Below are positions 1 to 14,799 of a stretch of 64,000 nt of DNA, in pieces. The translations under genes and the position numbers were made by a program. The notes below the pieces were generated by a model. That model did no database searches. It was not told where the DNA came from and saw only the letters and a program-made list of their open reading frames with translations. Where the stretch lies: positions 124,001-188,000 of the forward strand of contig NMRA01000313.1 in the NCBI GenBank assembly GCA_002633005.1, in the 5' to 3' direction. The stretch comes from Phoronis australis (Eukaryota; Animalia; Phoronida). Position 1 is the stretch's first letter; each line of letters begins with the position of its first letter.

Positions 1-2785
1 CTCGAGGTCCGACGGGCCCGCCGTGCGCGATTTCCGAAAAAAATGCTCACTAAGTTTTCATCCTTCAGACACGAAACACTTTAGCTACGGCTTGCCGTAC
101 TTGACTTCGACCATAAAAGTCCTTATAGATGTTCAACGGTTTGAAGACAGGCCTGAAACTGACACATTTACGGCTGGGGGCTCTCTTGTTGTGTGAGTTT
201 ATTAAATTGTTAATTTAAATAAATGACGTTTTTTAAAAACCTTTTTAACCGTACATTATATAACTGAAATATCCCTTTCTATCCAGAAATGAAGAGCGCA
301 GAGTTGACAGGCAATAGACTAATTACCAGAGTCAGAGAGAGAAGTAGACTCCAGCCAGGGACGAAACTTCTTCTCACCTTGAAAGAGTAGCTGGGCCGCG
401 GGATACCACTCATTATCTCCTTCCAAGCGTCGCAAGTAACTTAAGATTATACACATGACATCAGCCCTCAGCGTGACAAATTTCACGGTAACTTTTCAGC
501 ACTCAGTGACCCCAAATTTGTGGATGGCATGACACTCCACGGCAGCTGTGCTAAATGAAGCGTGTAAGAAGGTTTGTTTTTGACATCAGTCACAACAATA
601 CTGAGAGAAATCTTAATTGAATCCAATATACGAAAACAACCGCGATTGTGCTATACTCAGCAGATGTCTATAAATATTTTGGAATGTTTTGACAGCCAAA
701 AACAGCCGCCTATCGCTGCAGATTACTACGTTGTCCTCATAGTCACAGCCGCTAGATGTCACTACCGATTTCTCCCCTTCAGGATAATTCGACGCCGTTT
801 TATTGTGAAAAACTGGGCTACTAATATGATCACAGTCTTTCATTATTTTAAACTCGAATTAGTGTTTTTGAATAAAAAATACTCGAAACTTTTGCGTTTT
901 GCATTGTTTGCCCAAAACGTAAAATGGTCTAAGGCTCGGATTATTTTGTAGAGGGTCCCGCACTGAAGAGCATGAACCACTTGGTTGAGTTAGCAGGTTC
1001 CGCCGGGTGAACCGGCTAAAACTTCCGGCTGTTTCTCGATGATGACTTTCGGCTTACAGACCAATCAGAAGTTTCAGCCTCTTCACCCAGCGCAACCGGC
1101 GAAGTCAATCAAATGCAGCAATGTACTTTCTACCCGACGAATAACACGAAGTACTGTTTAAGTTCTGTGTGGCTAATGACTGAACATTAAAAAACCGTTA
1201 GAAGACCACTGGGCAGCGACGTATATTTTTGTGTTGTTTTTTTTTAATTTTCATAATTCTCTGTAAATTTCCAAGATGGTGAGACATGAAGCTAACTAGT
1301 GTAAATATATGCCATTACTTTCTATAGCTTTGGCTCGGCATTGCGGGACAGTGATTATTAAAAAAACAGTCATTGCAACAACACACAAATCAGATTGACA
1401 CCACGTTTATAGTAACTTCAGTTGAATCAACATCACCAGTGACTTAATAGTATAAGGGGCAGCATCTCAACTTGCGACAATGGAAATCTTGAAATAACTG
1501 ACTAACGTCAGCAAATCAGTAAACTGATCTCAAAATATCCTTTGCCGCCAATTGGTTTCTTCCATCAAATTTTACTGAGATCACCGGCGATTGATAGCAA
1601 GCGGCCAAGTCGGCTTGAATAGGCTAGACAGGGACCCCAAAAATTGAAAGAATTTGAAACCTCTATTTTACTTGCCAGTATCTTGAACGGCTTCATTAGG
1701 CATGGGGATATTTTTCGCAAAATGTTATCAGGTCATGAAGGTTCATTGAGACATTTGTGTTCCACGTTCTACTCGATAAGCGAATTGTTACACCATATTA
1801 TGTTGTGTGGATTTGAGGAACCTGGGGCGCGTGTCGCAGACGCAAGACACACGAGAACAAAGTCTGTGTGATCGCGTGCTACGCTTGTACCATATTGCGA
1901 TATCGTTATTGATTTTCTTACAAAAAATACTACACGGGACACAACCCTGGTTGACCATTTTCGTTTTGTGTAGTGAGCAAAAAGGAAATTTCCCTACGAA
2001 TACATATCGTATCCAAAGAATAGGTTAGTAATCATACCCCGCAATACAACTGACTGGCTAACCCCGGCTAACAGACCATTGTGCATTAAGGTCGCATGCA
2101 GACCTACGCATTTATTGCGCTCTATCCATTATAATTATTAGGAAACGACATCCTACCCTGAGGGATGACGGACAATATATTTGATTATAATCACGGGAGC
2201 GCCGTTGTCTTCAGAAAAATTAGCTGTGAATACATTTAATAATGAGGATGTCATTGACATTCAGTGCAGGGTGGCAGATCCTTCTAATTAATTAGCAAAG
2301 AACCTTCAACGTGCGTGCAGCCTCTCATGAGACGACTATGCACGTGATCTTGGAATTTCAACAGCTGACTTGACAATGGACATTCGCATTAATGATCTGT
2401 TGAAGATGGTTCACCCCTTTCAATATTTATAGTAGTTGTTTTGGTGTATTAGGTCTTTATTTTCCAACATTTCTTTACACAATCCCAACTGATGACGTCG
2501 TTTTATTGAATCCCTCATTTTGAGAACAACTCATTTTCTTCACATAACGGACATCAAATCCGGGACCCTTATTAGTGACCATTGCCGTCTGACTTCTACA
2601 AGTTATATTTTACGTAAATGAACCCTTTTAAAATTGTCAACATTGTTTTAAACCTAATTATTAAATCTAACTGATACACGAGGGGATAGGCTGCTTCAAA
2701 TGTTCGTTTTATACTCAGGAAAATTGCTAAACTCGTGAATGGTTTTATCGCGAACATCAGTGAATCACACATAGGCTGAAACACT

Positions 2786-2913
2786 CATAGGCGGATTCAG
2801 GGGATCAAAGGGGTCCGAACCCCCCTTTCCCTTTGATTTTAGTGATATCAAATCTAAAACACTCAAATTGTTGATTTGGATCCCATTTTTTAAAATTCCT
2901 GGATCAGCCCCTG
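2786..2913. mobile_element. Short MITE-like element (CAGGGGCGGATCCAG-type termini)
   Basis: Imperfect terminal inverted repeats CATAGGCGGATTCAGGGG ... CCTGGATCAGCCCCTG around ~95 bp of non-coding DNA. A similar element lies at 35533-35674. Confidence 0.6.
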
Positions 2914-3171
2914 ATTATATTGAGCAGTAGAGAAGAGAAAAATAAGCATGAGTTTGTGAATAATCTTAATTTTTGGCATGAACTAAATTTTCTATCGCAC
3001 TGACATCAAATGACAACCAAACAGCTGGAAATAAAATATGATCATGTTCAGCCAATCACCAACCAATAAAAACAATCAAGAACGCGATGATTAAAGGTCG
3101 TTATTGATTAAAACGACTGTTGTGTTGGATTTTGTCGCCAAGGTAACGCTTCTATTTCAGGAAGTGTTTCA

Positions 3172-4657
3172 GCTCTAGCGAATCTGGGAAAGTGGATGTC
3201 TGACTTCCGTTCACTTCTTGACAGCAGTCAATACCATTTAATTACCGTAGTCGGGAATAATAACGTCGTCTTCTGCTTTTTGACTCTGTGGTAAAAATCA
3301 TCGGTGAAATTGTAAACTTTTCTCAATGCAATTGAACCCAGAATGCTTTGTCATCCAAAAGCGCGTGCAGGCGTATGTGAAGTAAATCACAACAAACAAC
3401 AGTAAAATGACGTATACGTGTTGTTGAGCAATTCTCATGCGATTTCTGCTAAATACTATACGTCCGCAAAAGAATCACGAAGATAGAACTTTTTCGTATG
3501 TACCATTTGTTCTTGAATCATGAAGTCAATGTTCCTATCAGCTCATCTCGAATTTATATTAGTTTTTGGTAGCATTGNATGTTATGTAGCTCTTCTAAGG
3601 ATTTCCCTGCTAGGTCAGATCTATGCATACTCTGCACCCAACTCGCACAACTAAAATTGAACCATACACTGAGAAATAGTCTACACGCCAACAAACAACG
3701 TCATTACATTGTGCAAGCTGGCAAACATTCTCCACTAAACCTAAAAGCTATCACACCCCAGTTTTCACACAGTAAACAATTAAGCCCAGCTGACCAGAAC
3801 ACTGGGTCTGACCCTGTAACCTGAACTGTAGACTACTCTTCTTTAACCAAACACAGCTGATACAACTCCACTTCAATTTTATTACATTCCTGGCAGAAGA
3901 TGTGCAGCCACTACCGAATGAGTTTCATAACACCATGCTGTGGTCCTCAGTGTTGTCAACTACTGGTAACTATCCCTAATATGTAGGCCTGCTCAACTGC
4001 AGTACTGACTCCTATTCTCCGATCAGTACTTGCCAATGGTAGTATGGAATACATAATGAACATACACTTACCTCTCCTTGTCTTTAGGCAAGCGAAACAA
4101 AGTATTTTGTAAGCACCAGATGACACAGTGGCATTACAGTCAACCGTGTTATTATGCTGTATTTGAGCGCCTTCCAGAAGGTGGCGCTACTTGTAACGCT
4201 GTGACTATTTAGGTCATAAGTCGGAGATCTTAGGTATCTATAAAATCTTTGGCTCTAGCGAATCTGGGAAAGTGGATGTCTGACTTCCGTTCACTTCTTG
4301 ACAGCAGTCAATACCATTTAATTACCGTAGTCGGGAATAATAACGTCGTCTTCTGCTTTTTGACTCTGTGGTAAAAATCATCGGTGAAATTGTAAACTTT
4401 TCTCAATGCAATTGAACCCAGAATGCTTTGTCATCCAAAAGCGCGTGCAGGCGTATGTGAAGTAAATCACAACAAACAACAGTAAAATGACGTATACGTG
4501 TTGTTGAGCAATTCTCATGCGATTTCTGCTAAATACTATACGTCCGCAAAAGAATCACGAAGATAGAACTTTTTCGTATGTACCATTTGTTCTTGAATCA
4601 TGAAGTCAATGTTCCTATCAGCTCATCTCGAATTTATATTAGTTTTTGGTAGCATTG
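3172..4657. repeat. 406-bp direct duplication (3172-3577 = 4252-4657) across a contig-join N; probable haplotype overlap
   Basis: The copies appear identical by eye at a 1080-bp offset. The first copy stops exactly at the N at 3578. Confidence 0.85.
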
Positions 4658-6811
4658 CCTAGCTACATGTATGAACGTTCTTCTTCAACATAGACGTTTT
4701 CTTGGCTCAGCAAAGGCCAGTAGGCCTAAATGTAAAACAAATTAATTGAGAAAATCTTGTTAAATTTTCAGCATATAAAATGCTGACAAGTTAAAACACA
4801 TGCAAACACATATTAGGTAAGGATGTTGCTCAGTGGGATAACAGCTCTCTGGAATTATATTTTTTCATATTCACGAATCTATGGTTCATGCAACTTGCCT
4901 GTTAATGTTCATCTGACAAAGCTGTTGATTTTTGTTTAATTCAACTTGAGACGAAATGCGGCATATGACCATAGCACCAGAATATTTGATTACAAAGGTT
5001 TTTGTACATTTCTTTTTATGTTGCGCACATATAGCGCTACAATTTATTCGTTTGTAGGCAATAAATAATGCAGTAATCGTTTGCACAACCGACAGACAGA
5101 CGACCACTTATTAACGTATGAATTTTTCAAAGCCCAAATTTGTGGCAGATTACTAAGTACATTTAAATCGATATAACCAGGCATTGGGAGAACCTAGTGT
5201 GTTCATCGCCCATACAAATCAATGGAAAATGGCAGAAAATGCCAACAGATATATAGAAAATGATCAGTGAGTAATTAATCCCACGGAATTTAAGTAAGTT
5301 AAAAAGAGAAACGAGAAGTGATTTGTGAATCTCTCGCACGCAGTAATAACCGTTTATTTTCGTGAGTGCTCTTTCGTCACCCTCACTTATCGAACACTAT
5401 GAGACTCGTGTGTTGAGTAAAAAAATGAAGATAGAGAAGGTGAACGGTACTTCTGGGCACGTGGGTGCGTTTTTGTCTTAACCATGGAGGCCAGTGCACA
5501 ATCATACAATGTACACCCTTTTTCATTTGATCTTCTCCATCTCTGCTTGGCTTGTGGTTACTATAATAGCAGATGAAATGTTTCTCCAAAACAGTCAATT
5601 CTTCATCATTCTACATCAGTTTAGTCAATTCCCCGTTCTGTAATGAGTTGACCAACAGGGGTTTTCATCCGTAGGAAGGTACACCAGCCCAGTTTGTCTT
5701 TTCAGCGACATTAGCCGACAAAGAACTCCGGTAAAACGAGTTTCCTCAACATTCGCGTAAGTATCTGGATCGTAGCCATGCCTTCCCTATGAGGCTTCAG
5801 AAAATGCGTCTGTATGTGTACATATATCTTTACTACAATAAACTTAGGTCTACCGATATTACCAATGCATCAGGGAATTTCAGCCTTGCAGAGACTGCCC
5901 GGTGTTTGGCCGTTATGGCAGCTCGTTGAAATGAGTGTGTAATTACTAAGCTACTAATTGTTTGGAAAGAACTCACTTTGGGAGCATACTCCGCACAATT
6001 AGAAGTATCCCCGAAGGATATCATCGAAATGTTTACTCGACAATGGTGACTTGGATTACACGTGTCGCACGTGAGTTACTAATAGGCAATATTGACCAAC
6101 TGTGATGAACACTAATAGCGCTTCAAAGCTGAGCGCAGGTGCTTCCTGCCGAGAAAGGTCGATCATACGCATAACAAAAGAATTCCTGTTGGAAAACAAT
6201 AGCTAATTTCACGTCCGCAATTCTGAGTGCACTCAAAGATTGCCATAGAAAATATATTGGTAAATTGGCCATCAGGCCAAGCAAACTACATCACGTTTTG
6301 TAATCGCTCAGGCGGAGAACGACTGCAGCAATTCTTTACCTTTTTGGAACGCAGTATGGTGACTTTTATGCAATTTCTCAAATAAAATTAAGGATTAAAG
6401 TCGCATTTCTCCTTTTTTAGCTGTCTAAAAACGAAAATCGCGTTAGGCCCTTTACTCTAATAAAATCGTTATCTTATTTCGCCTTTCCGCTATCAGATTT
6501 TATTTTCGGTAACAAATTAAACCACAGGCATTTTCGAATCCACTATTTTCGTGTAGACTGGCATCAGAAAATTTTGAAACCTTTTCTTGAGCCGTTGACG
6601 GTTTCTCTATTCTTGTTGATAACGGAAACGAAACCCTATCAAGGTAAGGAGTATTATGAGACCATAGTTGTTAAATCAAAAAGCTTAATTCGATTTAAAC
6701 AGCTTGAAGAAATTTTGAGTATCTTCTTTTTTGTACTGTGGAGAAGGATTAGGTGTGATTCCCAGGGCTGGCTTACAACCACTGGTTCCACGGTGCCAAC
6801 GTGTTAGACGA

Positions 6812-7309
6812 GTAGCCTACCTTTCTGCGCGTTAAAAAGCGATATTTTTACGCCCAGAAATGGATATTCTACGCGCAGAAATAGCCATTCGACGAAAAAT
6901 GAGGATGTTATGGTACGCGTACCTTTGTGCGTATTTTATTTAGGTACGTGTACTGAATTAAGTCAAAGCAAAGACAAGAGTGTCGGCTCAGGGAGGCTCC
7001 GTAGATTCCCCCCATCGATCTATTGAGATCAGTGGATGTCTTGTAAGTGTCTGAGGGTTAGGGTAGGTATATTATTTGGGATGACAAGTCATCGAGTGAA
7101 CAGATGTTAGTGGCAGTGCTGTTTCCGAAGCCGTTGAATGGATGCCATCCCTGAGCAAAATTCAAAATGAATTGCATTTTTGTATGTTATAATTTGAAAT
7201 TTACTTGTTCCTCACAATGTCAATAGCACCATTTAGATTAGGCGTAAATCATTTTTACGCGCAGAAAGATACTCTTTTGAACCTCTTCGGCGCTTCATTG
7301 ACAGGCTAC
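6812..7309. mobile_element. Degenerate TIR element (MITE-like)
   Basis: Ends GTAGCCT ... AGGCTAC. Subterminal CTTTCTGCGCGTTAAAA (6821) is inverted to TTTTTACGCGCAGAAAG (~7252-7268). Internal TACGCNCAGAAA repeats. Confidence 0.4.
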
Positions 7310-8867
7310 AGTTAGTGAACCGCCAACTCTGCATATTATCAATGTATTAATGCACAAAATCTGTAACCTTGAGCACATACAGCCACCAACACTATGTGGT
7401 CGTGTTATGTCGCTTGGTGAGACGCACGATTTACTTTCTCCGGACAAATTCGTAGTCCTATCACTAACCGGAAACTGAGTTGTGCATTGGAAGAGAGTGT
7501 CTCCTCTGTGGTCTCACAAATCAAAACGCGCGGAAAGCAAATGGGGTCGTAGCTTTCTAGAGTCAAAATTAAAACAGTCTTTTACGAAAGCTAAATTTAC
7601 TCGAGATCACTGACAAGGTGTTTATCGGCATTGGTCAAAAATGGGAAATCGTCAGCAAACCAATCACAAATGCATCTAACTTCTACCGCCACAGATTTGT
7701 CCTGAACACTTCGGGTATTTCCATAACCTCAAATATTCCCTTGATGTGTTTCTTAACCACACATGTTCACAGTAGGCCTTCCAACCTCAGTTATACGACC
7801 TAAACTGGAGAATTCGAAATTTGTTTTTTGACGGGTTTCATCCCAGGCAACAGCAAGGCCAATGTACCACGAGAGGAAGGTATCATCGTAAATAATCCAT
7901 CACAAATCGTTAATTTTCCACTTGTGAACAGGCTAGCCAAGCGGAAGTAAAAGCTTCCATCAAAACAATGCAAAGAAACAGTGTTTTGCACTTTCGCCAG
8001 CTTCAGCCGCTCTAAGCCCATCGGCTTCCGAAAGTTTCGATTAAAAACGAGTGAATTTGAACTGACAAAATTCTTCGCAAACTTTAACTTTTTTAGCGAT
8101 ATACGCAGGACTTGTGTCTTGAGGCAAGTTGTGTGACTTTCAAAGTGGAGAATTATTGGCCGTGTGGCTCGGAAGTTCGCACTTAGGCCTACGCAGATAT
8201 TGATGCTACGAAAATACCCGGAGTAGTACAAACGAGGGGAAATTTGAAGTTACGAAAATACCCGAAAAGTTCCGGGTGTGCAAATGTTCGAACTTGAGTC
8301 ACGTGACTTTTAAAATGGAGAAACCGGCAGTCAGCCATGTCTGTAGTTATGACAATACAGTAAGTCACGCATAGTTTAGCCTGCTCAGGTTTCAACTCGT
8401 CACGGTGGTCCAGAGACACTAAAATCCCAACCAAAAACATCTAAATTAATCTGCCTTTTTGAAAATTTTATCTGCATATCCTGGCTATAGCATTTGGCTG
8501 AGGTTCGGACATGCTCCCCGAAAAGAAAATTTAGGCTACGAAAGTAACCGAGTTTGCGAATGATGTGTCACGTAAACAACGGCATTACTCTGTTCGTCCA
8601 AATACTCCCATCGATTGTGTATTCGGGGACGGTCCGCTCAACGGGGTATTTTTTGTAAGAAAAGCCTACGCTTTAGCACATTTGTTTTCAAATAACCTTG
8701 TGCAAGGATCAAAATTTCTAGAAACTCTCTACGGTAGTGTCACAAAGAGAAGGACGAAATTTGCCAGCAAAAATGCGGTGAGTAGATATCGCGACATTCC
8801 GACCACTGGGTCCTTAATTACAGTACCAATGTTTAACATTTATTGTATTTTTGTCCTCTTTAAATAA

Positions 8868-8883
8868 TGTTTATTATTATTAC

Positions 8884-8917
<34 letters not shown>

Positions 8918-8930
8918 GTAGTAATAATAA
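8868..8930. repeat. (AAT)n microsatellite
   Basis: Direct reading of the AATAAT run. Confidence 0.9.
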
Positions 8931-11900
8931 CTGCCCAATGAGTTGACAAGTTCTCCGCGGAGACAAGCCTATTCCCAATCTCAGTCCTCTCACTCGAGGT
9001 TGATCACACTAGGAATGACGTCAAGTACACTAGCAACGAAGTTGGCGTTGCCCTGTCAACCAGGCCAAAGAGTTGTCATCTTAGAAGAACATAATTACAT
9101 AGTAAATTTAAAACCACATCGATGCCGCTCCCCCTGTAAAGTCACTTTGCGCGCTGGTGTTTCTTGAAATCGATGCGCAAAACTTGCAACCCATCAGATT
9201 TTCAAAACATGCAAACAGTTACCGAAAATACGCCAATGGGGGTATTTTTGAAAGAATTTCGGAAAATATCCCCATGAGCGTTAACTTTTGGGACGGCCTA
9301 TTTTCGGAAATTAGTTACCAGTAGCCTCTCGTCGTTGTATTATACTTAGAGCGTAAGAACTGAAGTGGTGTGGCTGCTTCTGACGTGGCGATGCGTAGAT
9401 TGTGAAACCGTTGAATCAGATATAATCAATTTGACAGCGAACAAATGTAAACGAGATAAATAAGAAGCAAGACAAGCGTTACAGTGTGTTGTCATGACAA
9501 CGATTCTCTCATATACTGTTTTGCATGCTTACAGAAGCCGTTGAAGCGGGATAATGGTTGTTAACCATGAAGCGACAGAACCACTATTGTTATTCGTTTA
9601 CAAGTCAAATTTCATTGGCACAATATTTTTGGTTTTATATATATGCGAAGGAGCCTAAATTAGCGCATGCGTAACATGAGCTACGGTGTTTTGATTAACC
9701 GTTTTTACTAAAGGGACATTGTTGAAAGAGACTTCTTGAAGTTATTTGATTAGATCAGAGCTATAAAACAACAAAATTCATTGTGCTTTTGCTGGCCAGT
9801 TCTCGCCGCGGTATGCCAGCGTTCGCTGAATCAAGGCCGGTGTCTTTAAGTTAGGCCTACCATTTAAATGCGCTTACTATCATAATTCGTAGGATTTGAC
9901 TCAGCCCTGTGGAGGCATTGGTTTTGATTTCACGCTTCTACTTTCTCGCCTAGAATGTCCCTTTAAGACAGCAGCATTATATGTACAATAGCTTTCTGCT
10001 GTTTTGTGACAAACTGTATTTAATAGGGCCGTCCTGGCTTACAAAGCGACATTTACCCACAATGCCGCAATATCCGCCGAGCATTTTAGTAGCTCTCGTT
10101 TACGCACTACTGGAATTCCATTGCATTACACTATTCGTCCAATGCCATCAAGTATTATTCTGCAGTGCTTTGGCCTGCAATTCCCACGGATAAACAAATT
10201 CCAATGCGAGATGTTAAGTTCTTCGCCTTCCCGACATCTGTCAAAGGCAAGACTTTTGCGGAGCGATTGGATGAAGCAAGTTCATCAGCTTAATTTTGAA
10301 CCAAACAAAATCTACTTTCTTGGAGATACTTTCTCGAGTCCGGTACTTTTAAACGGTTGAAATCGAGATGATTTCCACACCACCATAGATCTACATGTGG
10401 AAATGTACCTGAAGAAATCTCAGGCAATGAGTCACCGTGACAACGCATGGGCTTCGCTAACTAATCGGCCTACTTGTCAAACCTTCAAGCTCATCAAAGT
10501 GACTTTTTCCCATAAAGTTTCTGTTTGTCCACAAAATTCCTATGGTATGTAATTTAATTATTGGAATTTTTACTAAGATCTGTGAAATCGAGCGTCTAAT
10601 GTAGCCTTTTCCTGTTTGTGTCTCAGATGCCTAATCATCAGTTTTGAACGTTTTTCTTGGTAAGTGTGATGCATAATACGGATAAGAAAACATGAACAAT
10701 GCTATCTTAGGGCCATCATACATATGGAAAACGAGACCATCTGACTAGATTTTTGACCACACTAACGGCTACGATCTAATACAAATGCGAATTTTATCTG
10801 TGTCTGTAATTTCTCTTATTTGTTGTATTTTTTCCGAGACAAAGTTTATTGAATCGCTGGTCAGTAATTTTAATCGCATGCCTTTCCTTGTCTGAATAAA
10901 CTTTATATCAATATACGAAAATAGGGTACTGCATTCCGAACAAACAATAGAGCTCGAGGGACACGTGAGCCGTAAGCATAGCTAAGTTCACAACTGTTAT
11001 ACCTGCGTTTAGTACCCAGTCCAGATATTATGACGTAAGTTACGCCACTTAAGGTGATAAAAACATACCTCAGTTTAAGTTCACCTGATTTAAATAAAGC
11101 CGTTTGTTGATCTCATCATAATGACTGACCAATAAAGAACAAAAGGTATGAGACGGACTCTAATAAAATGCTAATCAAATCTGGATTTACTACTATAGGC
11201 GTGAAAGGAACGTAACTACACTAGTTCCTAGAGAATAGACGGCTCCAATCTACACTGGCTCATGACTGGTCTAAAGACAACCTCGAGCCACTTAGCAACG
11301 AAGGCTGGCCCTTCAAACAAGGGCTCATATTGATCCCTTACACGAAAATTATCTTTTTCTTTTAATCCCACGTCGATGTTCTCCTGGTAACGACGGGCAA
11401 CAAAATCTCACTCTCTGCGTTTTCTACGGCACTGGTGTTTGTTCGTAAAAAATGCGCTGCATCATCACAGACCTTTTCCTACAAATTGTACGCTTGTACA
11501 GAAAATGTCTTGCGCTGCCCATGGTACACTTATAATACTGACTTCGTTATGTATATAAACAACAAACAAACGGACGTGTTTTATGTATTCGTTGCAGCCT
11601 TTTTTAAATGCGAAAGTAATAACGACACTTCAATACCAGGCTCGGGTAGTCAACTCACGTGACTTTCTAAATGAGGAAGTCAAGAAGTTGACTGTATTTT
11701 CGCCTTATAATTTATGCGAAGGCGGTTACGAGCTGGAGGCCGGAACGAGGCCAGTGGAACTCAACCGCGGTGGGATTATCTGCGTCTCGGTGAAGTATTT
11801 CAACTGCCATCGATTTGTTTTGACTGAGAGTTTGTGTTTGCTAAAAGAAGAATCCAAAGAACTACAATTTTACCGAGATTGTGTTATGTCTGGTGTGAAA

Positions 11901-12420
11901 CTTACGACTGAATCCGGTATTTTGACCTCGTAAGGGTGTTACGAACCCTTTCAGACTTGTTACATATGCGAGTTCTGAACTCGAACCGAACACGACAGCT
12001 CCCGCGACAGGTATTTACGAATGTAACTCCGCCCTCGTGAACAATCGACTACGAACTTGTAAGCTCAGTCACTGACTCACTAAGATATGGTCCCGCACTT
12101 ACAACACTGCTAAAGTACTCACTAAAAACAAGCACGGCTCCTGACGTGCGTTCCGTATGAGCGATAAGCTCGCGAAATTGCAAAGAACACGCAAGACTTC
12201 TGGCGCGCCCGGTGTTTTACAGGCGAAGCACGGGATCACATTGTACAGCCTCCATAAGCGAGACCAGAGACGTTATTTTTCACCTTGTCTACGGTCTCTG
12301 GCTATATTGTTGCGTCTACGAAAGTCTACCAAATATTCAAACTCTACATTGGACCGCAAATACTAAAACTCGCCTCCGTGTCTGTAAGCCGGGCGGCTGG
12401 CGGACTTTTGCCGAGTCACG

Positions 12421-12658
12421 CATGCGCGTACCCAGGGGGAGGGGGCCATAGTAAAGTGGGCAAAAAAGTCCGTCTCAGAGAAACAAAAAGTCCGAGAAAA
12501 CGGGACAAAAGTCCATAGGAATTCTGCGCGAATGCACACAATTCATAGGTCTGAGCCTATTACTCCGTTTTTTTTAGTCCCCATTGTCTTTTTTCAGTAA
12601 ATGGTCCATACAGATAAATTCGAGCCTCCCCCTATATTTTAGGCTGGGTGCGTGCATG
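12421..12658. mobile_element. MITE with 15-bp TIRs
   Basis: CATGCGCGTACCCAG ... CTGGGTGCGTGCATG imperfect inverted termini. G-run/C-run subterminal segments and internal AAAAAGTCC repeats. Confidence 0.65.
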
Positions 12659-14387
12659 TCACCCACGTAATTCTTTCACGTGAGTAAAAGAACCGCGGTG
12701 TTTTGTGAGAGCATGTTGTACTTTCGTTTCAAGTTGCAGAATTTTGGGCCTCTGAAGTCCGAAAGCGAGCAGTATCGCCAAGCAGAGCGACTTTCTCACA
12801 AATCCGCAATCAATAAAACTGTTCGATAAGCACCAAGGCTAACAAATGGTCAAATGACAAGGCTAGAACGATACTGGACTTTCTGATATTAGTAAATGAC
12901 ATTAATCTCCAATTTAAAGCGGTGTGTGTAGATAATTATGTTGGAGATTAATCCGATATAGAGTTACGACTGAACTAATATTGCCACAGTTCAGGTGCAC
13001 GTGGACGCAGTACGAAACTGATATCTTTTGCTTTTTAAGATATCAAATCAAATCTTGTCTCTAGCGATAACATTATATTGTCTTTCAATTTCGTCAAACT
13101 TGAAGCGCATGTATTTTTATTCAGCCTAAGTCATCGCCTTCACCGGCACTGACGAGGCACTGGGTCAGCGTGAATGCCGGGTCGGGCGAACTTAGGGAAT
13201 TGCGTACTTCAAAAGATAATAACGACACTAACAAAAAAAACAGGCCCATTGCTTATCGACTTTTCGTTACACAATGACGACATTTATACAATGAAGATAT
13301 TTTTTGGCTAAAACAGTCCGTCCTCCACGCACGCACGTGCACTTTCAGGCGGAGCCGTGAAGCAAACATTTTCAGTAGTTTGCCTGACTGATGCAGACTA
13401 AATCAAGCACTTGACGTTGTCCGTGTAATTTCCTGCGTCTAGTGATCTTAGCTCGTCATATTCATTAGAAAAAATTGATTTTGCTAACGGCATGTCATTC
13501 GAATAATGTTATGTGGCTTCCGTTTATTTAATGCAAATAATGCGTCGAAGCCACTGTTCAAGCTAATGCTCTCTCTACGACGTTTGTGTTGACTTAAACC
13601 TAAACAGCATTCAGAAACAAAGTAAAATCGTTAAGATTTTGTATCTATGTTCTGAGAGCGTGTTCGATGAGAGCTTTTATACCGGCGACAAGTCAGTTAC
13701 AGTTCTCCGCCCAAAGTTCTTGTGATTTTTTATTAGTTACTGTATAGTGCAGGTGACACCTTATTTGTTAGTAATATTTCGCTGCCGCCTAAAATTTGAT
13801 ATGTTTGGGTACAGACGGCTGAACGTTGTCAGGTGCCTCTAGTTTTTACCATTCTGTAGCCATAACAAATTATAGCCTGCCGTTGCAAGCTTTACTGATG
13901 ACAACTATTTCAACAACTCGTCATAATACGGACTTCAGTTGTGTAGGAAATGGAGATTGATCGAAGATACATGACGGAGGTTTGATTACATTCTGGTGAC
14001 CGAGAGACAGTTATTTGACTGTAGAATCGACTTCATGTCCCTTTTTATGACAGGAGTGAGATGAAGTAAAATTCGCAGCGTCTGTTTTTACGCAAACATT
14101 TCAACGTACAGTTGTAACAGCTATGTTATAAACAACTCCAATGGCGTAAGGTCATCCTATTCAGAATCCGTTAATCCTCGTTCTCTTTATGGCAGTATTA
14201 AAAGACCCAAAAGCACGTGAGACTGTCGTTTCTTGAAGGACAAGTGGTAATAACATCGACACTTCAGGACGCTGGTTTCGTGTTATCATTTTTGCATCTG
14301 GCCTACTTTGATTGCCTGTGCTGGTGTTCACTGCCGAGTGCTCGCTGCGGATATTATACGTTTTACGCCACAAAACCACATTTCATA

Positions 14388-14765
14388 TAGTAGTAATAGT
14401 ACTAGTAATAATAACAATAACAATAACAACAAGTAATAACAACAACAATAATAATAATAACACTAACGATAATGATAATACTAATGCTTTGTCGTTCGGC
14501 GGAAATGGAAGTTTCGACCCAAATTTCACCAGCTCGCACTCAGTCGTAAACCCTATATGCGTCACCCAGTGCCTTAAACACGGTGCCTTTAAGCTATGTT
14601 GATAATGATGATGATAACGTTAAGCTTATTTTCATCAATATCATTATTAGTGAGACGGATGATGATTGATGATGAGGATAATGATAAAATAATAATAATA
14701 TTATAATGATTGTTATTATTGTTATTGTCGTTATCTTTATCATTAGCATTATCATTATCATCATC
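14388..14765. repeat. Compound (AAT/AAC/GAT/ATC)n low-complexity microsatellites
   Basis: Trinucleotide runs at 14388-14480 and 14600-14765. They explain the poly-N/poly-I ORFs in the track. Confidence 0.85.
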
Positions 14766-14799
14766 ACATCAACTGAAAGGCACCATATGAGCAGTCATT

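Noticed and set aside
574-951. 125-aa ORF
   Set aside because: TTG start, no recognisable domain, and no splice support.
7800-8231. 143-aa minus-strand ORF
   Set aside because: Non-ATG start, lies in repeat-like DNA bounded by TAGGCCT motifs, and has no domain.
13148-13195. CTGACGA followed by a GC stem as a hammerhead ribozyme
   Set aside because: No GAAA closing stem II and no stem III.
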